A program made the position numbers and the translations under genes. The notes under the pieces are model-generated. The model was not told where the DNA came from and made no database searches. It saw only the letters and a list, made by a program, of their open reading frames with translations. 36,649 nt of DNA from a virus, in the IMG/VR virus record IMGVR_UViG_3300029793_000450, positions 1-36,649 of that record. One strand, 5' to 3'. Positions within the stretch are counted from its first letter, which is position 1. Every line of letters begins with the position of its first letter. This document shows positions 28,518 to 36,649 of this stretch, piece by piece.

Positions 28518-30941
28518 TTAAAATATTTAATGCAACGGATACTGATTTTAACACAGCAGGCAATATAATTATCAATCCTTTATATTGTCATGAAGTAAAG
28601 AAAAAGTCTTTAAATGGTTGGTACATAGATGTAGAGATATCAATAAAATACAAAGAATATATAAAAGCTGATAAGTTATGCGTAGTCAAAACAAAATCCA
28701 AACTTAATCCACAAGCATTCAGAATAAATAAAAATATAAAATATACTACTAAAAAAATAAAATTTACAGCAGAGCATGTAATGTTTGATTCTAAAAAATA
28801 TGCTTTACTTGATGTAAGGCCAACGGATTTAAACGGGCTAAACGGGTTAAAATATATTAATGAAAGGACTGATAAAAACAGTCCTTTTTCTATTGTTAGT
28901 TCAGATGTAGAAAACATAAATACAGTTTATCTAGTACGCAAAAACTTATTAGAGGCTTGGGAGATTTTTGAAGAACGCTGGGGAGGCATTTTTGATGCGG
29001 ATAATTGGAATATCAGTTTTAAACAAAAGGTCGGAAATGACAATGGAGAAACTATTGCTTATGGCAAAAACATGCAAGGCTTTGAAATTTTAGAAGACTG
29101 GTCTAATGTATGTACAAAAATTTTGCCTGTTGGTCCAAATGGATTGCTTCTAAAAGAAGTATATTTAGAAAGTGAAGTACAATATGAAGTTCCTTACACG
29201 AAAATTGTAGATTTTCAAACAAAATTGGAAAGCGAAGAACAAACAGAAGCAAATCTTTTAAATGAATTAAAAAATAACGCGGAGGAATATCTTGAAGAAT
29301 ATTGTATCCCTCAAGTAAGTTATACTGTAGAATCTAATATAAATCAAAAATTAGAAATAGGAGATACAATAAAAGTTTTACATCCTTCTGTAAAAATATT
29401 TACAGAAGTTTTAGAGTATGAATACGATTTAATTTTAAACAAAGTGATTTCATTAACGTTTGGAAATTATAAAAGAGATGTGAAAGCAAAATTTGATAGC
29501 ATAAAAAACAATATAGAAACAATAAAACAGTCAGTGTCAAATCAAGAAATAACAATAAAAGAACAAACAGATCTCATCAATTCTTTAAACAAAAAAGGGT
29601 ATGTATATATAGATGAAAATGAAATTTTAATACTTGATCAATTGCCAAAAGAGAAAGCAAAAAATGTATGGCGCTTTGGTTTAGGTGGGATAGGATTCAG
29701 TTCTAACGGCTACGAGGGACCGTTTGAAACGGCTATTACTATGGATGGGAAAATAAATGCAGATTTTATAAAGGCGGGAACAATGTCGACTGCGAGAATA
29801 GAAAGTTTAGCAGATTTTATAAGTGATACAAATGAATCTATCTCAACAATACAATTACAACAAGAAAATATTACTTCAGAAGTAAGCAAAAAGGTAAATG
29901 AAACGGAATTAGGGACAAAAATAGTACAAAATTTTGAGAACGTAAAAATTGCTTGGAATAAAATAACAGAATTTATACAAATGATGATATTAAACGGAAA
30001 TGCTAGTTTAGCAATATTAGATAATTCAAAAAAAATATTAATGTCGTTAGATAAAGCAGGACAACACTTTTACGATAGCTCAGAAAATAAAATTGGAGAT
30101 GTAGGAGTTATTAATTATAAAAATACCCCGATGATTGCTTTCAATCTGAATGTTAGTCAAAATAATAATAAGCGGAATGGCTTGGGGAATAGAAAAAAAT
30201 GGAACATTCTATCCGATTTTTTATACTGTAGGAACATATTATGAAGAACAAAGCGAATATGGCGGAGAATTTGCAATTGTAGGTACATTAACAACTCCTG
30301 GCATAAATATTACAAATGGCACTATTACAACAGAAGAACTACAAATAAACTTAACAACAAAAGATGGAACTTTTTTAGGATATTTTGGGCAAAAAGGCTT
30401 TGCACTTGGAGATTTAATTGAAGGAGGATTAAATGTTGAAGGTGGATATAGCATAGACTTTAAAAACAATTCAATAATAAATGTAGATAATATGGCAACA
30501 AGTGACAATGTAAGTGCATTTAGTGCAGGAAGTTCAGGAAGTGATTATTTGCACGTTGGGAAAAGAGACAATACAGGATTTAATTTGTGGGCTTCATCAT
30601 CTGATATTAATTTAAAGAAAAATGTAAAAGATACAGAAGTAAATGCAATAGAGACAATAAAAAAAATAAAACACAAACAATTTGATTGGAAAAAAGACAA
30701 TAAACATCAAAAGATAGGTTACATTGCGCAAGAAATGCAAAAGATAGATGAAAATTTTGTGCATCATATAAAAACTGGGGAAAAGGAAGATTGGCAAATA
30801 AATGTATTATCGGTTTTAGCAACTGCAACAAAAGCAATACAAGAGCAACAAGAACAAATAGAACAACTAAAAAAAGAAAATAACTTTATGCAAGATTTAA
30901 TTAAAAGAATAGAAAAATTAGAAAATGAGCAAAAGGGGTGA
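28514..30941 (+). CDS. Tail endopeptidase/tail-spike protein with C-terminal S74-type intramolecular chaperone; +1 (CGGA) junction at 30173
   Basis: Zero frame: NVSQNNNKRNGLGNRKK... then stop. +1: NVSQNNNK[G]MAWGIEKNGTFYPIFYTVGTYYEEQSEYGGEFAIVG... through LKKNVKDTEVNAIETIKKIKHKQFDWKK. Confidence 0.85.
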
Positions 30942-30945
30942 GAAT

Positions 30946-31167
30946 TTGGATAGCACAGTACTAGTAGCAATAATAGGCTTTCTTGGAACTTGTGTAGGTA
31001 CAATAGGGGGCATATTAGTAACAAGCAAATTGACAAATTATAGATTGCAACAGTTGGAAGAAAAGGTAAATAAACACAATACAGTAATAGAAAGGACTTT
31101 TAAGCTAGAAGGAAGAATGACAGAAGCAGAACATGATATTAGAGATTTAAAAAATATGAAGGAGTGA
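30946..31167 (+). CDS. XhlA/hemolysin-like holin-associated protein (TTG start)
   Basis: N-terminal TM helix plus coiled coil; immediately upstream of the holin. Confidence 0.6.
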   Translation: MDSTVLVAIIGFLGTCVGTIGGILVTSKLTNYRLQQLEEKVNKHNTVIERTFKLEGRMTEAEHDIRDLKNMKE

Positions 31168-31172
31168 TTTTT

Positions 31173-31373
31173 ATGGAAAAAATTAAAAAAATATCAAAAT
31201 ATGTATTAAACATATTAACAATAATAAGTGCACTTATTTTAGGAATTAATGCAGTAGAAGGAATAACAATACCTTATTGTGCTCAAATAACAGGAGTTAT
31301 AGCAGCAGTAAACGGTGTTATATCTACTTATTTATTAGGACAAAAAGCCATAAGCGAAAAGGAGGAAAAATAA
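31173..31373 (+). CDS. Phage holin
   Basis: Two TM segments, IISALILGINAVEGITIPYCAQITGVIAAVNGVISTYLLG. Confidence 0.82.
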   Translation: MEKIKKISKYVLNILTIISALILGINAVEGITIPYCAQITGVIAAVNGVISTYLLGQKAISEKEEK

Positions 31374-31374
31374 T

Positions 31375-32247
31375 ATGAATATAATTGAAAAAGAATACTC
31401 TTTAAATGGTACATTACAAAAAAGAAGTAAAACAGATATGATTCTATTACATCATGCTGTATATAATGGTGACGTAGAAGGAATTGATAGAATACATAAG
31501 AATAAAGGTTGGACATGTATAGGATATCATTTTTATGTAAGAAAAGATGGTTCTATTTATAGAGGAAGAAAAGAAGATACAGTCGGAGCACATGCTTATG
31601 GTTCAAACTATACAAGCATAGGAATATGCGCAGAAGGAAACTTTGAAACAGATACCATGTCAGTAGAACAAAAGAACTCTATAATAGAATTAGTAAATTA
31701 TTTGAAAAACAAATATGGAGTTACAAAAGTATTAAGGCATAAAGATGTAAATGCAACTGCCTGTCCTGGTAAGAATTATCCTTTTGATGAAATAGTAAAT
31801 GGCGTTGTTTCAGAAGCAACAAAATCATCAGAAAATGCTGACAACGAATATTTAGTTAAAGTAACTGCAAATGCTTTAAATATTAGAAGCGGAGCTGGAA
31901 CAAATTATAGTATAGCAGGGTGCATAAGAGATAAAGGCACATATACAATAGTTGAAACAAATGGAAATTGGGGAAGATTAAAATCTGGTGCTGGATGGAT
32001 CTGTTTAGATTATACAAGTAAAGAAAATAACGAAATTCAAGAATCTTCTAAATATGTTTTAGGAAAATATGTAGTCAATACTAAATCAGGATTAAATGTA
32101 AGAGCTGGTGCTGGAACTAATTATGCAATCAAAAAAACATATGCAAACAATACAAGATTTGATACGTACGAAATCAAAAATAATTGGGCAAGAACTCCAA
32201 GTGGATGGGTATGTTTAGATTATTGTAAATTAGTTTCGAAATATTAA
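31375..32247 (+). CDS. Endolysin: N-acetylmuramoyl-L-alanine amidase with two SH3b domains
   Basis: MILLHHAVYNGDVEGIDRIHKNKGWTCIGYHFYVRKDG...HKDVNATACPG; duplicated VTANALNIRSGAGTNY / VNTKSGLNVRAGAGTNY. Confidence 0.95.
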   Translation: MNIIEKEYSLNGTLQKRSKTDMILLHHAVYNGDVEGIDRIHKNKGWTCIGYHFYVRKDGSIYRGRKEDTVGAHAYGSNYTSIGICAEGNFETDTMSVEQKNSIIELVNYLKNKYGVTKVLRHKDVNATACPGKNYPFDEIVNGVVSEATKSSENADNEYLVKVTANALNIRSGAGTNYSIAGCIRDKGTYTIVETNGNWGRLKSGAGWICLDYTSKENNEIQESSKYVLGKYVVNTKSGLNVRAGAGTNYAIKKTYANNTRFDTYEIKNNWARTPSGWVCLDYCKLVSKY

Positions 32248-32358
32248 AAAACACCTCAAAATCAAGCCATATGAGTATATTCATTAAAAAAATAAAAGGC
32301 TTAAAAACGATTTTGAAAGGCCGATTTTTGGCTTGATTTCAAAGAACTTCCTTCCAAA

Positions 32359-32415
32359 ATTCGACATTTCGTGTCGAATGATTTTTCTTGACAAAATGTA
32401 ATAAAATGGTATAAT
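32359..32415 (+). promoter_or_regulatory. Promoter with operator-like dyad upstream of the 32559 gene
   Basis: ATTCGACA tttcg TGTCGAAT (32359-32379), then TTGACA 32388-32393, 16 bp, TATAAT 32410-32415. Confidence 0.65.
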
Positions 32416-32558
32416 ATTATCTTGCAAATAGAAATGTTTGATATTATGTTAATTATGTGTTATAATAATTATATAAATTGTATCATTTTTATTTGTTTTT
32501 AAATAAAATAGTATTAATATTATAAAATTTGAAATAATATATGGAAGGAGGTATAAAA

Positions 32559-32732
32559 ATGGTTAATAGTCTTTATAAAAACAAAGTTGCAAGCTTAATA
32601 GCAAAGTCAAAAGAAAAAGGATTAATAAAAACATATTCTCAATTTTGTAAAACGAAGGAAGGAAAAGAATCTTCTTTATCAAAAGATGAAATCATATATT
32701 ATACTTCTATGAATAAAGGAGAGTCAAAATAG
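32559..32732 (+). CDS. Putative antitoxin-like small protein
   Basis: RBS AAGGAGG; located directly upstream of the PemK/MazF-like ORF. Confidence 0.4.
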   Translation: MVNSLYKNKVASLIAKSKEKGLIKTYSQFCKTKEGKESSLSKDEIIYYTSMNKGESK

Positions 32733-32734
32733 AG

Positions 32735-33085
32735 ATGAGTCAATTTAATGTAGGAGACATAGTTTTTGTATCAAACTATGCATATAAGGATGGAAACGAA
32801 GGACAAAATCATAGTTTTGTAATAATAGATGATGGACAAGCAATAGACATAAATTATTTTGGGTTTTTATTGTCATCACAATTAGAAAAAGTTACATATC
32901 CATATAATGAACCATTAGACAAAAATAAAACTAACAATTTAAGAAAAGACAGCATAGTAAAGTGTGATGATTTAATAATGATTTCGGAAAGTGAAATACA
33001 ATTTAAAATTGGACAAGTTTCAGATAACGACTTGGAAAGGTTTATATCTACATATTCAAAATATTTAGAGGATTTAGAAGACTAG
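32735..33085 (+). CDS. PemK/MazF-like fold protein (putative toxin)
   Basis: FNVGDIVFVSNYAYKDGNEGQNHSFVIIDDGQAIDINYFGFLLSSQLEKVTYPYNEPL. Confidence 0.5.
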   Translation: MSQFNVGDIVFVSNYAYKDGNEGQNHSFVIIDDGQAIDINYFGFLLSSQLEKVTYPYNEPLDKNKTNNLRKDSIVKCDDLIMISESEIQFKIGQVSDNDLERFISTYSKYLEDLED

Positions 33086-33108
33086 TAAATCTAGTCTTTT
33101 ATTTTTTT
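33078..33108 (+). terminator. Terminator
   Basis: AAGACTAG taaat CTAGTCTT followed by a T-rich run. Confidence 0.75.
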
Positions 33109-33217
33109 GTCAAGTTTCGACACATTTTTCAAAAGTGATATGCTATAATAATTAAGTATTTAGAAATAAATACTGTGGGGACTGTAGGAAAAAACAGCAA
33201 AGACTAGCTGAGAGAGG

Positions 33218-33571
33218 CTAGTCTTCATTCATTTTAATATTAATCAGCAAATCAATAACTTGTGACACTTCTAAAACTTCTTTTGAATTTATTCCGTATT
33301 TATCTATTCTACGATACATTTCTTCTTTTAAGTTTTCTATATCTAATTCAGAGTAAAACAAATCATCAACTTTAACCTCAAGAGCATTTGCTATCTTATA
33401 CATAGTTTTAAGAGAAGGATTAAATTTTTTATTGTTCTCTAATTCAACTAAATATGTTCGAGCAATATTTGTCATTTTACTTAATTGATATATAGTCAAA
33501 GATTTTTTTAATCTAATATTTTTAATTACGAATACAAACATAAAATTACCTCTAAAAATTATTATGTCCAT
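33218..33571 (-). CDS. XRE-family regulator
   Basis: KNIRLKKSLTIYQLSKMTNIARTYLVELENNKKFNPSLKTMYKIANALEVKVDDLF. Confidence 0.85.
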   Translation of the reverse strand: MDIIIFRGNFMFVFVIKNIRLKKSLTIYQLSKMTNIARTYLVELENNKKFNPSLKTMYKIANALEVKVDDLFYSELDIENLKEEMYRRIDKYGINSKEVLEVSQVIDLLINIKMNED

Positions 33572-33789
33572 ATTTTAATACAATTATTTTTTTATTTCTA
33601 CGTGTCGCTGGTAGCGACATATTGAACTTCTGTAACCATTGCAAAAAGCCAACTTTATTTTGTCGAATTTCTCAAAATCCTTGTGAGAGTAATATTTTGT
33701 CGAACGATTTTTCTTGACTTTGTCGAAAAATGTAAATATAATTTAACTAGATTAAGAAACGCGTTTCTCTAATAAGGAGAAAAAATAAA

Positions 33790-33945
33790 ATGGAAAAATT
33801 AATTGTAGAAGAAATATGTAGAAAATATGATAAAAGAGAAGCATTGATTGTATTGATGATGAAGTATCAAACAAACGAAGGATATACGTTAGAAGAAGCA
33901 AAGAATTTAATAGAGATTTTTTATAGTGAAAAAAGTATGCAATAA
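33790..33945 (+). CDS. Small hypothetical protein (51 aa)
   Basis: MEKLIVEEICRKYDKREALIVLMMKYQTNEGYTLEEAKNLIEIFYSEKSMQ. Confidence 0.5.
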   Translation: MEKLIVEEICRKYDKREALIVLMMKYQTNEGYTLEEAKNLIEIFYSEKSMQ

Positions 33946-34075
33946 AGTATGCAATAGGAGAAATATTATTAAATATTTTATGCTATAATAGGCTAAAAAA
34001 GTGGGATTTTGATAGTGAGAAATATATACAAACAATATGAAATAACGTATTTATGGCTACCTGCTCCAGATTTAA

Positions 34076-34102
34076 AACTAGCCAACAGGCTAGTTTTTTT
34101 GT
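34076..34102 (+). terminator. Terminator
   Basis: AACTAGCC aaca GGCTAGTT TTTTT. Confidence 0.75.
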
Positions 34103-34123
34103 TTCCGTTATGATGGTAAATTC

Positions 34124-34152
34124 TTGATTTTACATCTGGAATATGCTAAAAT
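34124..34152 (+). promoter_or_regulatory. Dedicated promoter of the tRNA gene
   Basis: TTGATT (34124-34129), 17 bp, TAAAAT (34147-34152) with extended -10 TGC; tRNA begins at 34165. Confidence 0.6.
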
Positions 34153-34164
34153 AAAAAAAGTAAT

Positions 34165-34238
<74 letters not shown>

Positions 34239-34239
34239 A

Positions 34240-34335
34240 TGTCAATGGGGACGGAGAATTTTGACAACGTAAAAAATGAAATAATAGATAAATTTAAAAT
34301 AATAGGTTGTCAAAAAACTCCGTCCCCATTGACAC
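34240..34335. repeat. Small inverted-repeat (MITE/REP-like) element, copy 1
   Basis: TGTCAATGGGGACGGAG...CTCCGTCCCCATTGACA terminal arms, with inner TTGACAAC...GTTGTCAA. Confidence 0.75.
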
Positions 34336-34467
34336 ATACTATGATGAAGATGGAAAAGAAATACCATGTAATTCTATACAAGATTTATCAGAAAAAATGT
34401 TTGAGTAAGGTTTAAAAATAATTACAAAATTGTTTAAAGATTGTAGTAATAAGGATGGAGATAAAAT

Positions 34468-34830
34468 ATGAATAGGAAAAAGAAAATATTAATGCTTTGT
34501 ATTGTTCTAATTATTGTATCTATTGTAGGATGTTATATATTGTTAAAAGGTTCAAAAGAAGAAATCTATTATAATTATTATGGATTTGATATGGGAAGAA
34601 TACAAATTAAAGTTTACGAAAATGGTATTGTAGAAGAAGATGTTGAAATAGAAGATCCTCGACATTCAGAAAACTATAAATATCTTAAGACTTTATCTAA
34701 AAATGAATTAGATGAGATAAAAAATAATATAGATAACAAAAATTACATATATAGGATAATTTATGGAAAAGAATATACAGGTAAAATTATGGATCATTTA
34801 GGAATCAAGATAGAAGATTTTAGACGTTAA
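34468..34830 (+). CDS. Hypothetical lipoprotein/membrane-anchored protein (host-like region)
   Basis: N-terminal hydrophobic segment, upstream GGATGGAG. Confidence 0.5.
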   Translation: MNRKKKILMLCIVLIIVSIVGCYILLKGSKEEIYYNYYGFDMGRIQIKVYENGIVEEDVEIEDPRHSENYKYLKTLSKNELDEIKNNIDNKNYIYRIIYGKEYTGKIMDHLGIKIEDFRR

Positions 34831-34896
34831 TTTTTTAAAAATTTATAATATAATAAATATAGAAAGTCAATATACAGAATGTGGTATATGTCATAT

Positions 34897-34988
34897 GTCA
34901 ATGGGGACGGAGAATTTTGACAACATAAAAAATGAAATAATAGATAAATTTAAAATAATAGGTTGTCAAAAAACTCCGTACCCATTGG
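34897..34988. repeat. Small inverted-repeat element, copy 2 (degenerate right arm)
   Basis: Nearly identical to 34240-34335; right arm CTCCGTACCCATTGGCA. Confidence 0.75.
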
Positions 34989-35311
34989 CAACACAAGTTG
35001 GTGCTTATGATTATAAATTACCATTTGAAGTTAATCATAAACAAGAAATGGTTTTAGTATCTTCTCCAATGAAAAGAAAACAAGTAAATAAATATTTGGG
35101 TTATTTAAGAGAATATTTTGAAATTGAATATCGTGAAGATAAAGGAGATAGAACTGAAAATGGTATGGCAGTATTTGATTCTGCAATACCAGATAATTAT
35201 GAATTATTAAAAGTAATACCAATAATAGATTTAAATTTATTTAAAGGCAAAGATATTACATTTGGATTAGTATTTAGACCTACTATTAAAGAGATAATTA
35301 ATGAAAAATAA
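34930..35311 (+). pseudogene. Truncated host-type protein fused in frame to repeat copy 2
   Basis: The ORF 34895-35311 begins inside the repeat. The downstream KLPFEVNHKQEMVLVSSPMKRKQVNKYLGYLREYFEIEYREDKG looks like the tail of a larger protein. Confidence 0.4.
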
Positions 35312-35640
35312 GTAAGTAAACAATAAGCAGGATAAAGAGAATGATAGCACTGCCCTAATTCATTCTATATAAATATAGGAATAGTTGTGCTATCATTTCT
35401 TATTTTGCACTTGCAAAATTGGATTAAAAATATGGAAGAATTCTACCATACTTTTTATTTAAATCAATTAATTAAAAGGTTTGCGAGGTTTTATTTTACT
35501 TCCAACTGTTGGATATATACTAGATATGTTGGATAAATCTTGGATGTTTAAATTTAGTTTCAAAATATGTTGAAATTATGGTATAATTATATATAGAAAT
35601 GACAGATAAATAGTAAGTTGTTGAAATGAAGGGATAGTTA

Positions 35641-35967
35641 ATGAAAAAGTATATTAAGGAAATTATTATAAGTGTTCCTCAATTAGTGTTATTTTATATA
35701 TTACCAATATTTGCTGGACCAACTGATACAATGGGAATGGTATTTTTAATCATTATAGGAACATTTATATTATCATTACTTATTGGAATTTTATCTAATA
35801 ATAAAATCAAATATTTCTATTCAATATTTACTGCAATATTATTTATACCATCAGTTTTCATTTATTATAATGAGTCAGCTTTAATTCATTCTATATGGTA
35901 TTTAGTTTTTGCAAGTGTTGGATTGTTTATTGGAAGTTTGATAAACAAATTATTGAATAGAAAGTAA
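35641..35967 (+). CDS. Hypothetical integral membrane protein
   Basis: Four hydrophobic segments. Confidence 0.55.
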   Translation: MKKYIKEIIISVPQLVLFYILPIFAGPTDTMGMVFLIIIGTFILSLLIGILSNNKIKYFYSIFTAILFIPSVFIYYNESALIHSIWYLVFASVGLFIGSLINKLLNRK

Positions 35968-36149
35968 TTCAAATTACAAGTATTAGTTTGATACGAGGAG
36001 GTTTTAATTATGAGCTTTGGTGGTTGGACAGTAGGAACAATTATAGTAATTGTTATTTGTGCTGCACTAGCAATTATATATAGAAATAAAAAAGGATGAT
36101 AAAAAAATAAATTTATAGTAGGAATAGTAATTTGAAAGGAAGGTTTTAT

Positions 36150-36356
36150 ATGAAGAATTTAAAGACAGGAATATTCCTAATTGTGTTAGGTAATTTATTA
36201 TATTTGGCATATATATTTTTTTGTGGAAATGAGACAAGTGATTTTGGAAAATTTAGTAGTGGATTATTAATAGGTTTATCTATTGGATGTAATTTGATAG
36301 GGGTAATTTTAATAATTTATTATATGTCAAAAAATAATAATGAAAAAGCTAAATAG
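36150..36356 (+). CDS. Small membrane protein
   Basis: RBS AAAGGAGG; MKNLKTGIFLIVLGNLLYLAYIFF... Confidence 0.45.
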   Translation: MKNLKTGIFLIVLGNLLYLAYIFFCGNETSDFGKFSSGLLIGLSIGCNLIGVILIIYYMSKNNNEKAK

Positions 36357-36649
36357 TAATTTGTATTTCGAAAGGTGGTAACAATTATATGTTAGAAACA
36401 TTTTTGAATGTTGTTCCTATTACTATAATAGTGGAAATAATATATGTTATTTATAGAATTATTAAAATTAAGAAAAACAAATTATCAGTTAATTATTTTT
36501 ATGAAATAGTTAAATTTATTTTTGTATGTTATTTAACTGGATTAATAAATCTTGTACTCGTTCCAAGCAATCTTTGGTCGCATTTTTGGTTTTATGTAAA
36601 AAATGGATACTCTACAGGGGATAGTTTAGGTTGGTTTTCTGGAAGTTTC

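Noticed and set aside
3710-30941. Split genes explained as simple prophage decay or random sequencing errors
   Set aside because: All nine junctions are the same +1 type at an in-frame CGG, always restore GGN, and intact ORFs appear to use no CGG. Random decay would give mixed indels and stops. Read-level verification is still needed.
7741-30941. Purely passive +1 slippage at a rare, poorly decoded CGG arginine codon with no dedicated tRNA
   Set aside because: Not fully excluded, but two sites in one gene and sites in high-copy tail genes would require high efficiency, and a matching UCCG-bearing glycine tRNA is present. Kept as the main alternative.

Overview
The window holds an almost complete temperate siphovirus-type prophage from a very AT-rich Firmicute (Clostridia-like). 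It carries integrase, ImmA/IrrE, CI and Cro, a DnaD-like replisome organizer, DnaB, accessory genes, a late regulator, TerS/TerL, portal, ClpP-like protease, MCP, connectors, tail, holin and amidase, followed by accessory and host-like DNA on the right. The main observation is that seven phage genes look broken by +1 frameshifts (9 junctions in total). In my by-eye scan, every junction lies at an in-frame CGG codon, where skipping the C restores a glycine (GGN) and an open frame with family-consistent protein. I found no in-frame CGG in any intact ORF of the window. At 34165-34238 there is a tRNA-Gly-like gene with anticodon loop CUUCCGA. It carries the bacterial glycine identity elements and could present a four-base anticodon 5'-UCCG-3', complementary to CGGA. 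I propose that this phage uses CGGN as a quadruplet Gly codon decoded by its own frameshift-suppressor tRNA. The affected genes are replication initiator, late regulator, methylase-like and tail genes. Other observations: an 11-bp-pitch iteron array inside the replisome organizer (candidate origin), a canonical -1 frameshift signal (A AAA AAC plus hairpin) in the tail chaperone gene, a CI/Cro operator set, a shared operator/promoter module around an XRE regulator, and a duplicated inverted-repeat element directly after the tRNA. No CRISPR array was seen.
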